A stretch of DNA of 63,518 nucleotides, filler included, from Octopus bimaculoides (lineage: Eukaryota): assembly GCF_001194135.2 (NCBI RefSeq). It is 7 parts of 7 records of this genome, joined end to end, with 100 filler letters (N's around TTAATTAATTAA, not from the genome) between each part and the next. Parts side by side here need not be neighbours in the genome. Positions count along the whole stretch, not along the records: positions 12,659 to 38,332 come from NC_068982.1; 6 more parts are not named here. One strand, 5' to 3'. This document shows, piece by piece, positions 24,185 to 36,928 of this stretch; position 1 is the stretch's first letter, and every line of letters begins with the position of its first letter. The notes beneath the pieces were generated by a model. It ran no database searches, had not been told where the DNA came from, and saw nothing but the letters and a program-made list of their open reading frames with translations. The position numbers and the translations under genes were made by a program.

Positions 24185-25190
24185 AAATGTTGAATTTTCG
24201 AGGTCTTTCAAATTCTCACTGTCCCACCTACAGATTGTGTTTATATAGTTCGAGTTAAATGCCTCTTTCTCTGCCTAAAAATCCTAACCCTTTACTGTTA
24301 TCGTTTAAGCATGTACATAATCAAGTGTACAAATACCAATTGATATAAATAGGTATTTGTAATCAGAAGACGTGAGCTGTAGGTTTTGAATCAGTTATCC
24401 ATAAATATACTCCTTCTCACAGATTTTGAAAGAGATTCACATCTTTAGGGAAGTTAACATCTACGACTATACATGATATCTTTACAGTCCGAGATAACTA
24501 TACCAGCACTGTACGATTTGCACTTGGTAGAGGGTTTGTGAGGAATAACCAACAATATACTTATGTTGATATGTAAATGATCATCAGCAGATGTGTAGTT
24601 ATATTTTTCTACTGATGGCATAGTGTACTGTTTTCGCAAAAATATTATGTTGTGATGGGAGGTAGTAACTAGCAGTTGCTGATATCCTCTATAGTATAGA
24701 GCCGCCATAATCGACATTTATTGTTACATCTTGGGAGTTTAACTGTTTTATCGTCTTCTGTGCATTGACAAAGCAATTCTGGGTTCGTATGTGAGGTCAT
24801 CAAGAGAGAGTGCTTCTTGAGTTCACTGATAACCCACAGTATGCAATTCATTTCGTGTTTGATCATTTGGTTGATATGTATATTTTTGTTACCATTGTTT
24901 AAAGGATGCAATTCCACACGGCACTCAAAAGTTGTCTGCTTCCTTCCTTTTTTTTTTTTTTGAGGTAGAGACTATCTATATAACCTGAGGTTTGCCGTTG
25001 ATGCTAGGCTTTTGCAAGTTTTAATATATAAAGTGGGGATTTATTCTATAGGCCAGTCAGGTATCTCAAATGCTGGTATCAGTACTTGTACTGCAATGCA
25101 TGATGGGATATTGCCTTGTAACAGAAAAGCTCTGAATGTCTTATCATTTGAGAGTGATATGATATTCTTTGATTGCTTTATCAATTATGA
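24185..25190 (-). mobile_element. Old RLE-type (R4/NeSL-like) LINE 3' part, a distinct lineage
   Basis: Manual minus-strand translation gives AVQVLIPAFEIPDWPIE, DSLYLKKK, CNNKCRLWRLYTIEDISNC (CCHC relic), YYLPSQHNIFAKTVHYAI, KPSTKCK..GIVI, EKEYIYG*LIQNLQL..DYKYLFISI and QSVGGTVRI, in RLE-LINE order. Confidence 0.7.
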
Positions 25191-25936
25191 ACGTTATAAT
25201 ATTTATGTATGTATCTAAGTATGCATGCAAGACGGAATGACCAACTGATATATACACATGGACATACACACATACATGCCATGCATATATCTATGCATAC
25301 ATACTCATATAAGCGCAGAAATGGCAGCGAACACTCCCCCAAATTACACTCAACCATTCTACAAACAAAAGGCACGTTTAATAATATATTTCTAGATACA
25401 CTCACTCTGCATGAAACACCAATCATAGTGGAATAAAAGTATGATAAGATTCCTAGGCATGCACATAACATCTGTTCTTATATCTAGTACTACATTTTCA
25501 ATGTGTCTTCATTTTTAGAGCTTTATAAATTCTGCTATATCTAATGGTCAAACAACTCAATTGTAGTCCCGAATTTACTTAGGTAGAGTTAAAACGTATG
25601 ACTTGAATTTGAATTTGCAGAGTGCAAAATATAGTTCATACAGTCTATAGTCTAAATGGTGCCGTAATAGGAAATATCAGAAAATTCAGTTAACTCTCCT
25701 ACTCAGTATCGCCGGCCTCAGCAACAATTCATAAGAATCACGTATGTTTATTGATAATGATTGAAAGTATAGGATTTTCTTTCATTGATTGAAATTTGGG
25801 CTCATTCAATTCCTGAATATTGCACTGTTTTAATCTAGCTGCCATATCTCCACTCCTCTAGTCCTTTAGCTGACACATTTGACAAAGCCTATAACTCAAT
25901 AGCATTTGACAAGCATGCTTAAATCATTGAATTAGA

Positions 25937-25980
<44 letters not shown>

Positions 25981-27039
25981 ATACATACATACACGCACAC
26001 ACGCACACACACACGCACATACACACACGCATATATATAACTTCATCTGGATATTTGTATTTATACAGTTTTTTAAATTTTATATTAATAACGAAAGTGT
26101 AAGGAGAGTAACACTAGGATAGTTACCCATATTGATGAGCATCATATCGAGATATGGACGAACGTCATAGCGTTCATTAACTTGACTTCGCCATGAGTGT
26201 TTTCTTTCTTATATTCTTGTTGGTGAACTTGACAATTTAACTCATCACAAAATCAAATATACGCTATTCAGTATACATTGCTATTCGATCAATTTTTTCT
26301 TCTTTAAATGATCGTTTCATTGCCTTTATTCAAAATAAATTGAATGGGGCAAGATTTTTGATTGATTGAAAAATAATTCAATAAAATATAGACTACCTAG
26401 GATGTGGCACCAATTCTTCTTCTTTGTCCTCACCAGAATATTACAGTAACTTATCACCAGATTTTGTTCATCCTTTGGATACGTTAACCTACTTGGTAGT
26501 CTTTGGTTAGAGCTCAGCTGTTTTCGGTACTAAACTGCACAGTCTCTAACCTTTAGAATGTAACATGAGCGAATGTTTAGAATAATTCATGGTATACTTC
26601 AAAAGCAACAGATTTTGCATTAATATTCCAGTTTTCTAATTCCATTTGTAATATCATTGCAAGTGTTCATATATGTGTATTCTAGGTATTTTGTGAGCCG
26701 TTGCCCTATATATGTGCGAATAGTTTTAATAAACAGATTGATTAAAAACACAAAAGCAACACGTATAAATGCGTATAACACATGAATACAAACACATAAG
26801 CCAAATACACACAGACTACACAGTTATACACAAACATACATGCACGCATCCTTACACTAACTCTTACTTTGTATTTCTCTCTCCTCTCTAATAGATGTTT
26901 TCGGCTGATAAAAAAATCTATATCATTACATACAGTCACCTGATTCTTTTGAGTTATAGTTGTGTATCAGATATTAATAACAGAATTATATATGCGTGTA
27001 TGTTTTGCTACTATGTATACATATAAATAGATAGGAAGG

Positions 27040-27043
<4 letters not shown>

Positions 27044-27093
<50 letters not shown>

Positions 27094-27165
27094 CATACAT
27101 ACATACATACATACATACATACATACATACATACATACATACATTGATAAATAGATAGATAAGTA
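27044..27165. repeat. (GATA)n-(CATA)n compound microsatellite
   Basis: Directly visible. Confidence 0.9.
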
Positions 27166-28010
27166 TGTATGTATGTTCACCACGTTTGCATATTTTTTTT
27201 TATTATTTTCATAATAGGATATTTCAAAAGTCAGGATCTGAATTTCCTACCCATTACAAAAAAAAGTATGATCATGTTTTCCATCTATTTATTCTAGCGA
27301 ATGATTTTAAATGTAGCCCAAGAGAGCGTTCTGCATATTAAGAAACCATATGGTCAGATCTCACATAAAATAACGCGTTGAAAAATCATCGATTAAATGA
27401 GATTATTCATGCAGTTAGTTGTAAAAAAAAGAAACACACATATTAGTATTTCAATTCTAAAAATAACATGCAAAAAGATAAATCCTCCCTCCAATACTAT
27501 GCCTACACCATGTTATTGTTATTCATCATAATAAATACTATGTCGTCTCTGTTTCTATATACATTGGTTAGAGTATCTTACAAGTGAGAAGAATAGGTTT
27601 AGATAAGGAAGTCTAATAACATCGGAACATGTTTATTGGTGTCGTCTGATGCTTACAAAGCTAAGATCTTGTCTCATTTGCATCGTCTTTATTATCCAAA
27701 TTTCATTTAGTTGGTTTTATAATACAGTTCGAGCTTGCTTACTGTTTTCAAATTTTAGGAAATCTTATTGGAGTTTTTAGACTACGACCGGCATTAAAAA
27801 CCTCTGTTAATCAAAGTCATTTTAATCACTATAAGATGTGCGTGAGACACCAAGGCGTATTTTGGCATGCAGGAAGAAACACCCGAAGTTAATTCCACAG
27901 TTATATTCCTTAAATAACTGTCTGTTTATGTATGCGTGTATGTGTGCGCATGTGTGCCTGTGTGTATATAGAGATGTTAGAATAGCATCTAAATAACGTA
28001 ACAGTATGTC

Positions 28011-28102
28011 TTTTCTACTCCTCTGACGAGATTTTGCTCAAAATATGTTTTAATGATTTGAATTTATTTTTGTGGGCAAAATCGAAACAGCTGTAAGAAA
28101 AC
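28011..28102 (+). ncRNA. Candidate minimal type I hammerhead ribozyme
   Basis: CTGACGA at 28023-28029. Stem II GATTTTGCTCA (28030-40) pairs with TGGGCAAAATC (28073-83), with canonical G10.1-C11.1. GAAA at 28084-87, palindromic stem III ACAGCTGT, GUA cleavage triplet at 28093-95. Stem I is CT/AG plus TTTT/AAAA, or TTTTCT/AGAAAA with a bulge. Confidence 0.7.
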
Positions 28103-28166
28103 TTGTTGAATTTTTGCAGCTAATGAATTACATTAATGTTGCATCTCCATTTTCTGAATTTTAATT

Positions 28167-28237
<71 letters not shown>

Positions 28238-28261
28238 GTGTGTGTGTGTGTGTGTGTGTAA

Positions 28262-28680
28262 GCAGGCGTGGCTGTGTGGTAAGAAGCTTCCTTCCCAATG
28301 ACATGCTTCTGGGTTTAGTACCACTGCGTCGCACCTTGGGCTACTGTATTGCACTATAGCCTCGGGCCGACCAAAGCCTTGTGAGAGTATCTGGTCGACG
28401 GAAAGTGAAAGAACCTCGTTGTGTATATATATACATTTATATTTGTGTGCGTATGTGTGTGTTTGTTCGCCTCCCCCTCCCATTATCCCATTATCGATCG
28501 ACAACAGATGTTGGGGTGTTCACGTCCTCGAAATCTAGCGGTGTGGCAAAGGAGAACGATAGAATAAGTACTAGGCTTACAAAGAATAAGACTTGGGGTC
28601 GATTTGTTCGACTAAAGGCGGTGTTCCAGCATGGCCACAGTCAAATGACTATAACAATTAAAAGAATAAAAGAACAAAAG
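28262..28680 (+). mobile_element. SINE family A, full length
   Basis: GCAGGCGTGGCTGTGTGGTAAGAAGC...GGGTTTAGTACCACTGCG...GACCAAAGCCTTGTGAG, short TA/TG core, 3' half to AGTCAAATGACT...AAAAGAATAAAAGAA. Confidence 0.88.
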
Positions 28681-28708
28681 ATTATATATATATATATACA
28701 TACATACA

Positions 28709-28748
<40 letters not shown>

Positions 28749-30059
28749 CATATATATATACATACATATATATATGAATATATATATATATATATATCTG
28801 TAAATAATATATGAGAATTATTCGGTAGCCATGATAAAACTCCGAGTTTCGGATGTCGGGGCAGAAACCTACGCCACCATCTCTTAAGTATTCTGGCCAT
28901 CGAAAAGAATGCTATGAAAATGACCGTTCAACAAAGGGAAATTACTGTGTGATTGACCGTTAAGACAAAACAGCTATTAAAACGACCGCTAAGTGAGGGG
29001 AGGGAGTAAATTTAAGGGAGTAAAAATGTCCATAGTATTCACGTAAACGCACCAGTCCATACATACGCATGCACGCCCGCACGCTCACGTACATGCGCTT
29101 ATATGTATATCTTCATCCAACCTTACTTGAAACACATACATGCTTACCCACACATTCGCCAAAATATATATACATACCAGCATACACGCTCGCACACACA
29201 CACACATGCACGCAACACGATTGCACACATACACACGTACGCAAAAAAGGTTCATACACACATACACAAGAAAAAACAGGGCTAAAGGCAAAATACAGAA
29301 AAATGCGTAAAAAAGTGTAAAAAAGCAATGCGGGTAAAACACGTCTATATACGCACATTCTCGCATGCACGCACACACACACGTCTATATATGCACGTAT
29401 CCGCATACACGCACACATCCACAAGCGCGCACAAAAGGTTCCATGTACACGTCTATATACGCACAGGAAAAATGCAGGGTGGAAGGTAGAACACAGAAAA
29501 AATATGCGTAAAAAAATATGAGCGATAAACCTATAAAACAATACCTCTAGAAATATGTAAAAGAATAAAAAAAATATATTAGAAATATAAGTAAAAAGTA
29601 TAGAGAGATAAAAAGCTTGTACATAGACACAATATAGAAAGCAAGTCCTATCTATAATCTCGGGGGGACCAAAAACGTAACAAATATTTAGCCACATGTG
29701 GACATGATCCGAAAAGTTTAATTTTTTAATTTAGACATCTTCCAAATTAAATCCAAATCCAAATTAAAGGTTCGTTGGCCTTAAGCATTGCAACAATACG
29801 TTCTCCTTATATCAATCCAATAAATGTTAAGATTTACTTCTTCAGCATATTGTCATAACCTGTCTGCAACTTAATACGATGCAATGTTATTCAATGTGTC
29901 ACATTGTGATTGTAGATGGGTGTAACCTAAATTAGATTGGAATAGTATGTATGTATGTATGTATGTATGTATGTATGTATGTATGTATGTATGTATGAAT
30001 GGATGTATGAATGTATGTATGTATGTATGTATGTATAATAATAATAACAACAATAATAA

Positions 30060-30280
30060 TAAAGGAAAGATTTAGTCGAGAATATCTCACAAGAACCAAC
30101 TTAATTATGGAAAGTAGACTCAATTGAAAAGAAAAGATCAGGGAAATTAACTCATGGGCTATTTCCTTAATGCGACACAGCACAGGTGTTGTTAGGTGGA
30201 CAAAGAACGAGCTTGAAGAAATGGACAGGAACACTAGAAAAGTGATGACAATTAACAAGGAACTACACCCCAAAAGCAAG
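30060..30280 (+). mobile_element. R4/Dong-type LINE fragment (post-RT region) of a second lineage
   Basis: REYLTRTNLIMESRLN*KEKIREINSWAISLMRHSTGVVRWTKNELEEMDRNTRKVMTINKELHPKS is homologous to, but diverged from, about 30950-31145. Preceded by an (ATA/ACA)n tract at 30035-30060. Confidence 0.75.
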
Positions 30281-32215
30281 AGGAGGTAAAGTAACTTAGC
30301 CATGTCATGGATCGACTATCGTAAGGCGTACGATATGATCCGACACTCTTGGTTAATGAAATGTATGAATCAATTTGGTATTGCATCGAATGTTGAGCGA
30401 TTGCTTTGAAAAAGTATGGCGAATTGGAGGACGAGCCTGACATCATACGGAAGAAGGTTAGGGACAATAGAAATCAGGAGAGACATCTTCCAAGGGGACT
30501 GCCTTTCTCCACTGATCTTTGTACTGCGCTTGATACCACTAACACTGATTCTGAGGAAAGCAAAAGCTGGGTATGTATTCAAAAGCTGCCAACTAAAAGT
30601 CAACCATTTGTTATTCATGGATGACCTCAAACTTTATAGTATAGATGAAGCCCAAGTCAGTTCCCCCGTTGATACGGTGTATACTTTCAGTGCTGATATC
30701 AGAATGGAGTTCGGACTGAGAAAGTGTGGAGTGTTAGTGTTGAAGAGAAGCAAAATCAAATGTATGGATGGGCTATCGATACCGTCGGTGGAGCTTATAA
30801 AGCAGATAGAAGAGACGGGCTATAAGTACTTGGGGATTTGGGAAATTGATAAATTGATGGAGAAAGAAATGACAGAAAAATTTAAGGTGGAGTACTTGCA
30901 CAGACTGAGACTGATCCTTAAGACGAAATTAAANNNNNNNNNNGGTGGAGTACTTGCACAGACTGAGACTGATCCTTAAGACGAAATTAAACGGACGGAA
31001 TAAGATTGAAGCTATCAACACCTGGGCGGTTTCGCTACTTAGATATGGAGTAGGGGTAATTGCATTGACAGTAGACGAACTAAACAGCTTAAACAGAAAG
31101 ACAAGGAAGTTGATAATTAGATATCGGACACTCCGCCCAAAAAGTGACACAGACAGACTGTATGTTCCAAGAAAAAGAGGGGGAAGAGGACTTATTTGAT
31201 GCGAACACAGCATTAGAGCAGAAGAAAACAACATAGCATGGTATGTAAAAAATGCCACAGAACCGCTATTATTAGAAGTAAGAAGGTCAGTCCTGTGTAG
31301 GATGAAAGATTGCAAAGATAAAGCACTGTACAAGCAATTGAAAACAAAACGAACGTAACTGAAAATAGGTGAATAAAGAAAAGAATGCATGGACAATTTC
31401 ATAGAGATGTTGAAGATAAGACAGACTGAGAATAAAGATAGCTGTGGATAACTAAAAGTGATTTTAAACCGGAAACAGAGGCTCTAATCTGTGCTGCCCA
31501 AGAGCAAGCACTAAGAACAAACTACATAAAATATAGTATAGACAACATATCAGAAAGTGGTAAGTACAGAATCTGTGGACAAAATGGTGAAACCGTATGG
31601 CATATTACCAGCCAATGTACGCCACTAGCAGAGAAGGAATAAAAGAGACGCCACGACAATATAGCAAGGCTTGTCCATTGGACACTTTGCAACAAGTATG
31701 GACTTGACTGAACAAAAGATTGGTACGACCACGAACCCGAAGACATCATCGAAAATGATAATGCAAAGATCCTGTGGGATTTTTTGATTCAGTGCGAACA
31801 TGAGATAGAGAATAGGAAGTCTTCATTGTGAAAGAAAGCAAATTATGCTGGATCATAGATATAGCATGCCCAGCTAACAACAAGGTATGCGAAAAGGAAG
31901 AAAGAAAAGTCGTGAGATATGACAGGTTTTGAGATATGACAGGTTATGGGAGGTTAAGCAGTTGTGGTCGATGTAAAAGTTAGTAGTAGTACCAATAATT
32001 GTCGGAGCCCTGGTAACAGTGAGTAAAAATCTTGAGAAATACATGGAACAAATAGGGGCTGCAATAAGTGTGGAGCACTTGCAGAAAACAGCACTGCTTG
32101 GAACTACACGAGTACTCCGGAAGGTGCTCGAAAAATAAGAGATGCTACCTTAGTTCACTGGTAGTGAACAGCTGATATTGTAGTACATCTCCAGCGTTAG
32201 AAGCTCTGCAAAGTC

Positions 32216-32265
<50 letters not shown>
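30281..32265 (+). mobile_element. 5'-truncated R4/Dong-type LINE: RT, CCHC, PD-(D/E)xK endonuclease, 3' UTR and (AAT)n tail
   Basis: NLAMSWIDYRKAYDM, RRDIFQGDCLSPLIF, NHLLFMDDLKLY, YKYLG, DRLYVPRKRGGRGL, PETEALICAAQEQALRTNY, RICGQNGETVWHITSQC, RRHDN, ILWDF, IIDIACP and HLQKTALLGTTRVLRKVLEK* (stop 32136-38). (AAT)n starts at 32216. Multiple stops. Confidence 0.93.
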
Positions 32266-32268
<3 letters not shown>

Positions 32269-32327
32269 TGATGATGGTGACGACGATGATGATGATGATG
32301 ATGATGATAATAATAATAATAATAATA

Positions 32328-32712
32328 ATAAATGCTTTCTAATTGATGTATCAATACCAGCAGATGACAACGTTTCCCTAAAAGAAATGGAAAAACTTTC
32401 AAAATACAAACACCTGGAAATAGAGGTAACTCGAACGTGGAATCTAAAAACAGAAACAATTCCTATCATAGTAGGTGCCTTAGGTATAATAAAAAAATAT
32501 TCAGACAAATACATAACAAAAGCACCAGGACTTACAAATATATATAACATACAGTTATACTAGGCACTGCACACATCCTACGCAAAACACTTTCAATACA
32601 GTAACCATAAGAGCATCACAGCAAACCACAGCACATACCCAAGGCGCACAGAGCTGCGCTCGGTAGTGAAGTGAAAGCACGTTATAAAAATAAAACTACT
32701 GAAGAATAATAA
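32328..32712 (+). mobile_element. R4/Dong-type LINE 3' fragment of a third lineage with 3' UTR
   Basis: KCFLIDVSIPADDNVSLKEMEKLSKYKHLEIEVTRTWNLKTETIPIIVGALGIIKKY...LGTAHILRKTLSIQ*. It starts directly after (AAT)n and ends in AATAATAA. Confidence 0.88.
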
Positions 32713-32917
32713 AAATAGTGCCATTGTTATCTCTATATCTTCAGGAGGAGTCACCTCAATCCTTTCTATATTAACCAAAATGAAGTAGATTGACAAATTT
32801 ATTTTTTGAACCAGTTGAAAACACACAAGATTTCGAAATATCTTTCACTAGATAACAATGGCACTCTTCTTTTAATTTTGACTCTATATCTTCAGGAGGA
32901 GTCACCTCAATCCTTTC

Positions 32918-32920
<3 letters not shown>

Positions 32921-32971
<51 letters not shown>

Positions 32972-33388
32972 CTTTCTGCTATAGGTAGAAGGCCTGATAT
33001 TTTGGGAAAGGATTTAAGTCGATTACATCGACCCAAGTACTCGACTGGTACTTTTTCATCGATCTCGAAAGGATGAAAGACGAAGTCGAACCCGGCGGTA
33101 TTCGAACTCAGAGCGTAGTGACGGACGACATGCCGCTGAGCATTTCACCCGGCGTGCTAACGATACTGCTAGCTCGCACCTTAATAATCATTATCCTTTC
33201 TACTATAGGCACAAGGCCTGAAACTTTGGGGAAGGGGCCTTGCCGATTATATCGATTATAGTGCTCTGCTGGTACTTATTTTGTCAAACCCGATATGATG
33301 AAAGGCAAACTCGAACTCGGTGGAAATTGACAGACGAAATGCCGCTACGCATTTTGCCCGGCGTGTTAACGATTCTGCCAACTCGCTG
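32921..33388 (-). mobile_element. Two tandem SINE family B copies with a (TTA)n tail
   Basis: (AAT)n at 32921-32969, then CCTTTCTGCTATAGG; a second CCTTTCTACTATAGGC at about 33195. Heads end at about 33180 and 33388. Confidence 0.8.
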
Positions 33389-33391
33389 CTT

Positions 33392-33570
33392 GAAGAAGAA
33401 GAAGAAGAAGAAGAAGAAGAAGAAGAAGAAGAAGAAGAAGAAGAAGAAGAAGAAGAAGAAGAAGAAGAAGAAGAAGAAGAAGAAGAAGAAGAAGAAGAAG
33501 AAGAAGAAGAAGAAGAAGAAGAAGAAGAAGAAGAAGAAGAAGAAGAAGAAGAAGAAGAAGAAGAAGAAGA
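33392..33570. repeat. (GAA)n, about 59 units
   Basis: Near-perfect tract; explains the poly-K/E/S/L ORFs. Confidence 0.95.
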
Positions 33571-34098
33571 TCGTATCTCATATAATGCATGTAGATTGCT
33601 ATAATAAATATCATAATAACACAATAATTACAAGGAAAATCGATTAGATTGCCGTCAATAATGAACAGCAACGTTCACTTTTCTGAAAGATATACGAAAA
33701 GAAAATGTTTCCCGAATATAACCGTGCAAGTCTGAATACAACAGCAGCGACTATCACACAGTTACAAATATCCGGAATAGTTACTACTTTAGTGGGTGTT
33801 TTCTATTCTCTGTCTCCATTTCTCTTGAAATTGCAACCCTTGTAAATCTCACTTAAGAACGTGACTAGAACGTAAGAAATTTGTCACAATAGTTTTTTTC
33901 TCACCTGATCTTGATATTGAAGTTTTAGTCCTACATACATACATACATGTGTATGCATTGAATACACACAAGCATACAAATATATGTATATCGTGTGTTG
34001 TATGTACATATATATATAATCACATATATATATAATCTTATATATATATATAACAACGTATATATATAATCATATATATATATGTGTGTGCTTGTATA

Positions 34099-34138
<40 letters not shown>

Positions 34139-35211
34139 CGTGCATGTATGTGTGTGGGTGTGTATATGTGTATAAAGAGAGGAGTGGTGATAGAGTGTGT
34201 GATTTACATGGTTTAAAAAAGATATGCGATGTAAAGTACACCAGAATAGCAGCTGGAAAAGAAGGAAGAGGAGGGGGAGAAATCGATAAGCAGACATTCG
34301 ATAAAGTTCTTATCGTACAAGCTTTATCAATCTCATATAAACACACACACACATATACGCATACAATATACATATATATATATATANNNNNNNNNNNNNN
34401 NNNNNNNNNNNNNNNNNNNNNNNNNNNNNNNNNNNNNNNNNNNNNNNNNNNNNNNNNNNNNNNNNNNNNNNNNNNNNNNNNNNNNNNNNNNNNNNNNNNN
34501 NNNNNNNNNNNNNNNNNNNNNNNNNNNNNNNNNNNNNNNNNNNNNNNNNNNNNNNNNNNNNNNNNNNNNNNNNNNNNNNNNNNNNNNNNNNNNNNNNNNN
34601 NNNNNNNNNNNNNNNNNNNNNNNNNNNNNNNNNNNNNNNNNNNNNNNNNNNNNNNNNNNNNNNNNNNNNNNNATATATATATAGGAATTAAATGGACACA
34701 CAAGAACTAAGTACATCTTAGTCAAATTTAGAGTAGTTTAAATGAGAAAAAGAAGCAGGAGAAAAAAATCAAATACTTCTGGTTGAATCTTAATGTTTTG
34801 AATGAAACTACATCTTAAATGTAATCTTTAAAATGACGGTTACTTGCTTTTACATAGATGAGTAAGAAACTATTAAATGTAACGACCAAACAAATATTGG
34901 CAACTTAAATTCTACTAGCGAAATAAAAAGTATATAAGCAGGAATATTTAGAGCAATATGGCTTGTTTTATTTATGAATTTTTTCTGAAGTTTATCTCCA
35001 GTGAACATTTATTTTCTTCACATAATTTGCGGTATATAATGGACACACGAAAACACGTATGGATGCATACATTGAAGTAAATGTCAATAATCGCACGCAA
35101 CCGCACACATCTGATCGTAGACATTCGCATGCATTCACACACACAAGCGTAAGAATGCGTGCATAAGTCTATTTTCATATCTATATATTTATATCTGCGT
35201 CTTTCTATATA

Positions 35212-35269
<58 letters not shown>

Positions 35270-35274
35270 TGTGT

Positions 35275-35318
<44 letters not shown>

Positions 35319-35508
35319 ATATATTTATATATATGTTTTATTTGAGAAGTTATGTTACACACATTTATATATTTTTTCCAACGTACGCTTCCCTGTTGTG
35401 GTTGTTTGGAACCAAAACGTGATGTCCCGAGTATAGTTGGATGCTTACCTCAACGGATCATCAGAGGAACACTTTATTGCTTTATGCTACAGGGATCATG
35501 TATGTAGG

Positions 35509-35575
<67 letters not shown>

Positions 35576-36312
35576 GAGAACTTTTTCCTTACTTCCTGGT
35601 GTCTTGGAATTCCTGAAAATCTAAAAAAGACACAATTGTCTTCCTTGTGATTAGGTTTTTAAAAGAGATATATTAATATACGTGCAAAATATTTCCATCT
35701 TCTGTCTAATAATCTTACTTATGGCAACACTCGAACACAAAGTATATTTGATCTCAGAATAAAGCAATGACACCTGCATCAACTTCTTTCTTTTTGTTCC
35801 TTATATATTTTGTTTATGTATGTATATCCCATGATTCTGTGAGATAGAGATGTTTTTATAAGATCCAATGGTATCGACCATGCCTTATTTTTATTTTCTA
35901 TTTTTGTAATTCGTGCACTAATTGCAATCATCCACACGCTAATTACAATCAACCAAATACTAATTGTAATCGACCCAATACTAATTGCAATCTGTAATTC
36001 TGGAGATTATTTTCTATCCCATTTATTCTTATCAAACTCCAATCTACAATAACAGTGTTCTCATGCAGGATAATATATCTACAACGAAAAAAAATATCGT
36101 ACTGTAAGAGAAATGTCTATATCTATTACAGAGCAGTTGGCTGATTTATGGTGCATTATAAATTCAATATGTGAGAAACGCAAAAGCACGCGCTTTTCTT
36201 TGTCACAGAATTATTTACAGATACAGGTAAATTAGAATGAAGTACACTCTTGTATATGCGTTTTCATTCATATACATCGCAATATTATTTATACATGTAT
36301 GTGTATAAATTA

Positions 36313-36928
36313 TATGGATCCTGTTCAAAACGGGGGCACCAGTATTTTCTTAACGAAACACTTTGAAACTTGGGACACTGGTAGAATGTGTCATATAAAA
36401 CATCTTTTTCTCTTAGTCTTCTTAACAAAAAAATGTACATCGCAAGTTATTTCATGTTAAAGTTGTCGTATTTCTGTAATTTCAACCAATGACTGACGTC
36501 CATTCAGCCGTAAAAATTAAGTGCTGAGTACGTAAACAAACGATTCTCGGCGGTGATGAAATTATTATTTCTTTGTCAAAAAATGGCTGAAGCATATTGG
36601 CAGTAGCTAATAAACCTTTCTATTATAGGCACAAGGCATGGTTTTTGAGGGAAGGAGCAAGTCAGAAGTAATGGAGATTAAATACGCTTTACACCGCTTA
36701 AAGTGCCAAAGGAGTAAGTGTAAACAGCTGAATACTTGTCAGTGATTGGTTGAAATTATCGAAATAAGACAATTTTTTTACATGAAATAAATCCGAATAC
36801 AAAAATTTTTTTTCTGTTCTATAACACAAAATAGATAAGTATACGAAGTTTGAAAGTCTTTCGGTACCAAAAACACTACATAAGACATAAATGAAAACTG
36901 GTGCCCCCATTTTGAACAAGATTCAATT
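36313..36928. mobile_element. Non-autonomous Tc1/mariner-like MITE with about 30-bp TIRs and an internal SINE-tail fragment
   Basis: GGATCCTGTTCAAAACGGGGGCACCAGT and ACTGGTGCCCCCATTTTGAACAAGATTC are inverted. Inner IRs ATTTCAACCAATGACTGAC / GTCAGTGATTGGTTGAAAT. SINE B tail at about 36612-36665. Confidence 0.7.

Noticed and set aside
26415-26500. Strong-looking acceptors (TCTTCTTCTTTGTCCTCACCAG here; also about 18228 and 20265)
   Set aside because: Downstream frames give no recognisable peptide or convincing donor; polypyrimidine-AG strings are common in this DNA.
30886-30991. 48-bp tandem duplication around a 10-N gap in the LINE RT (similar at about 13510-13655 and 52990-53060)
   Set aside because: Identical sequence on both sides of a fixed 10-N gap indicates overlapping contig ends.
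35400-35470. CTGATGA followed by a partial hairpin (minus strand)
   Set aside because: No GAAA after the stem.
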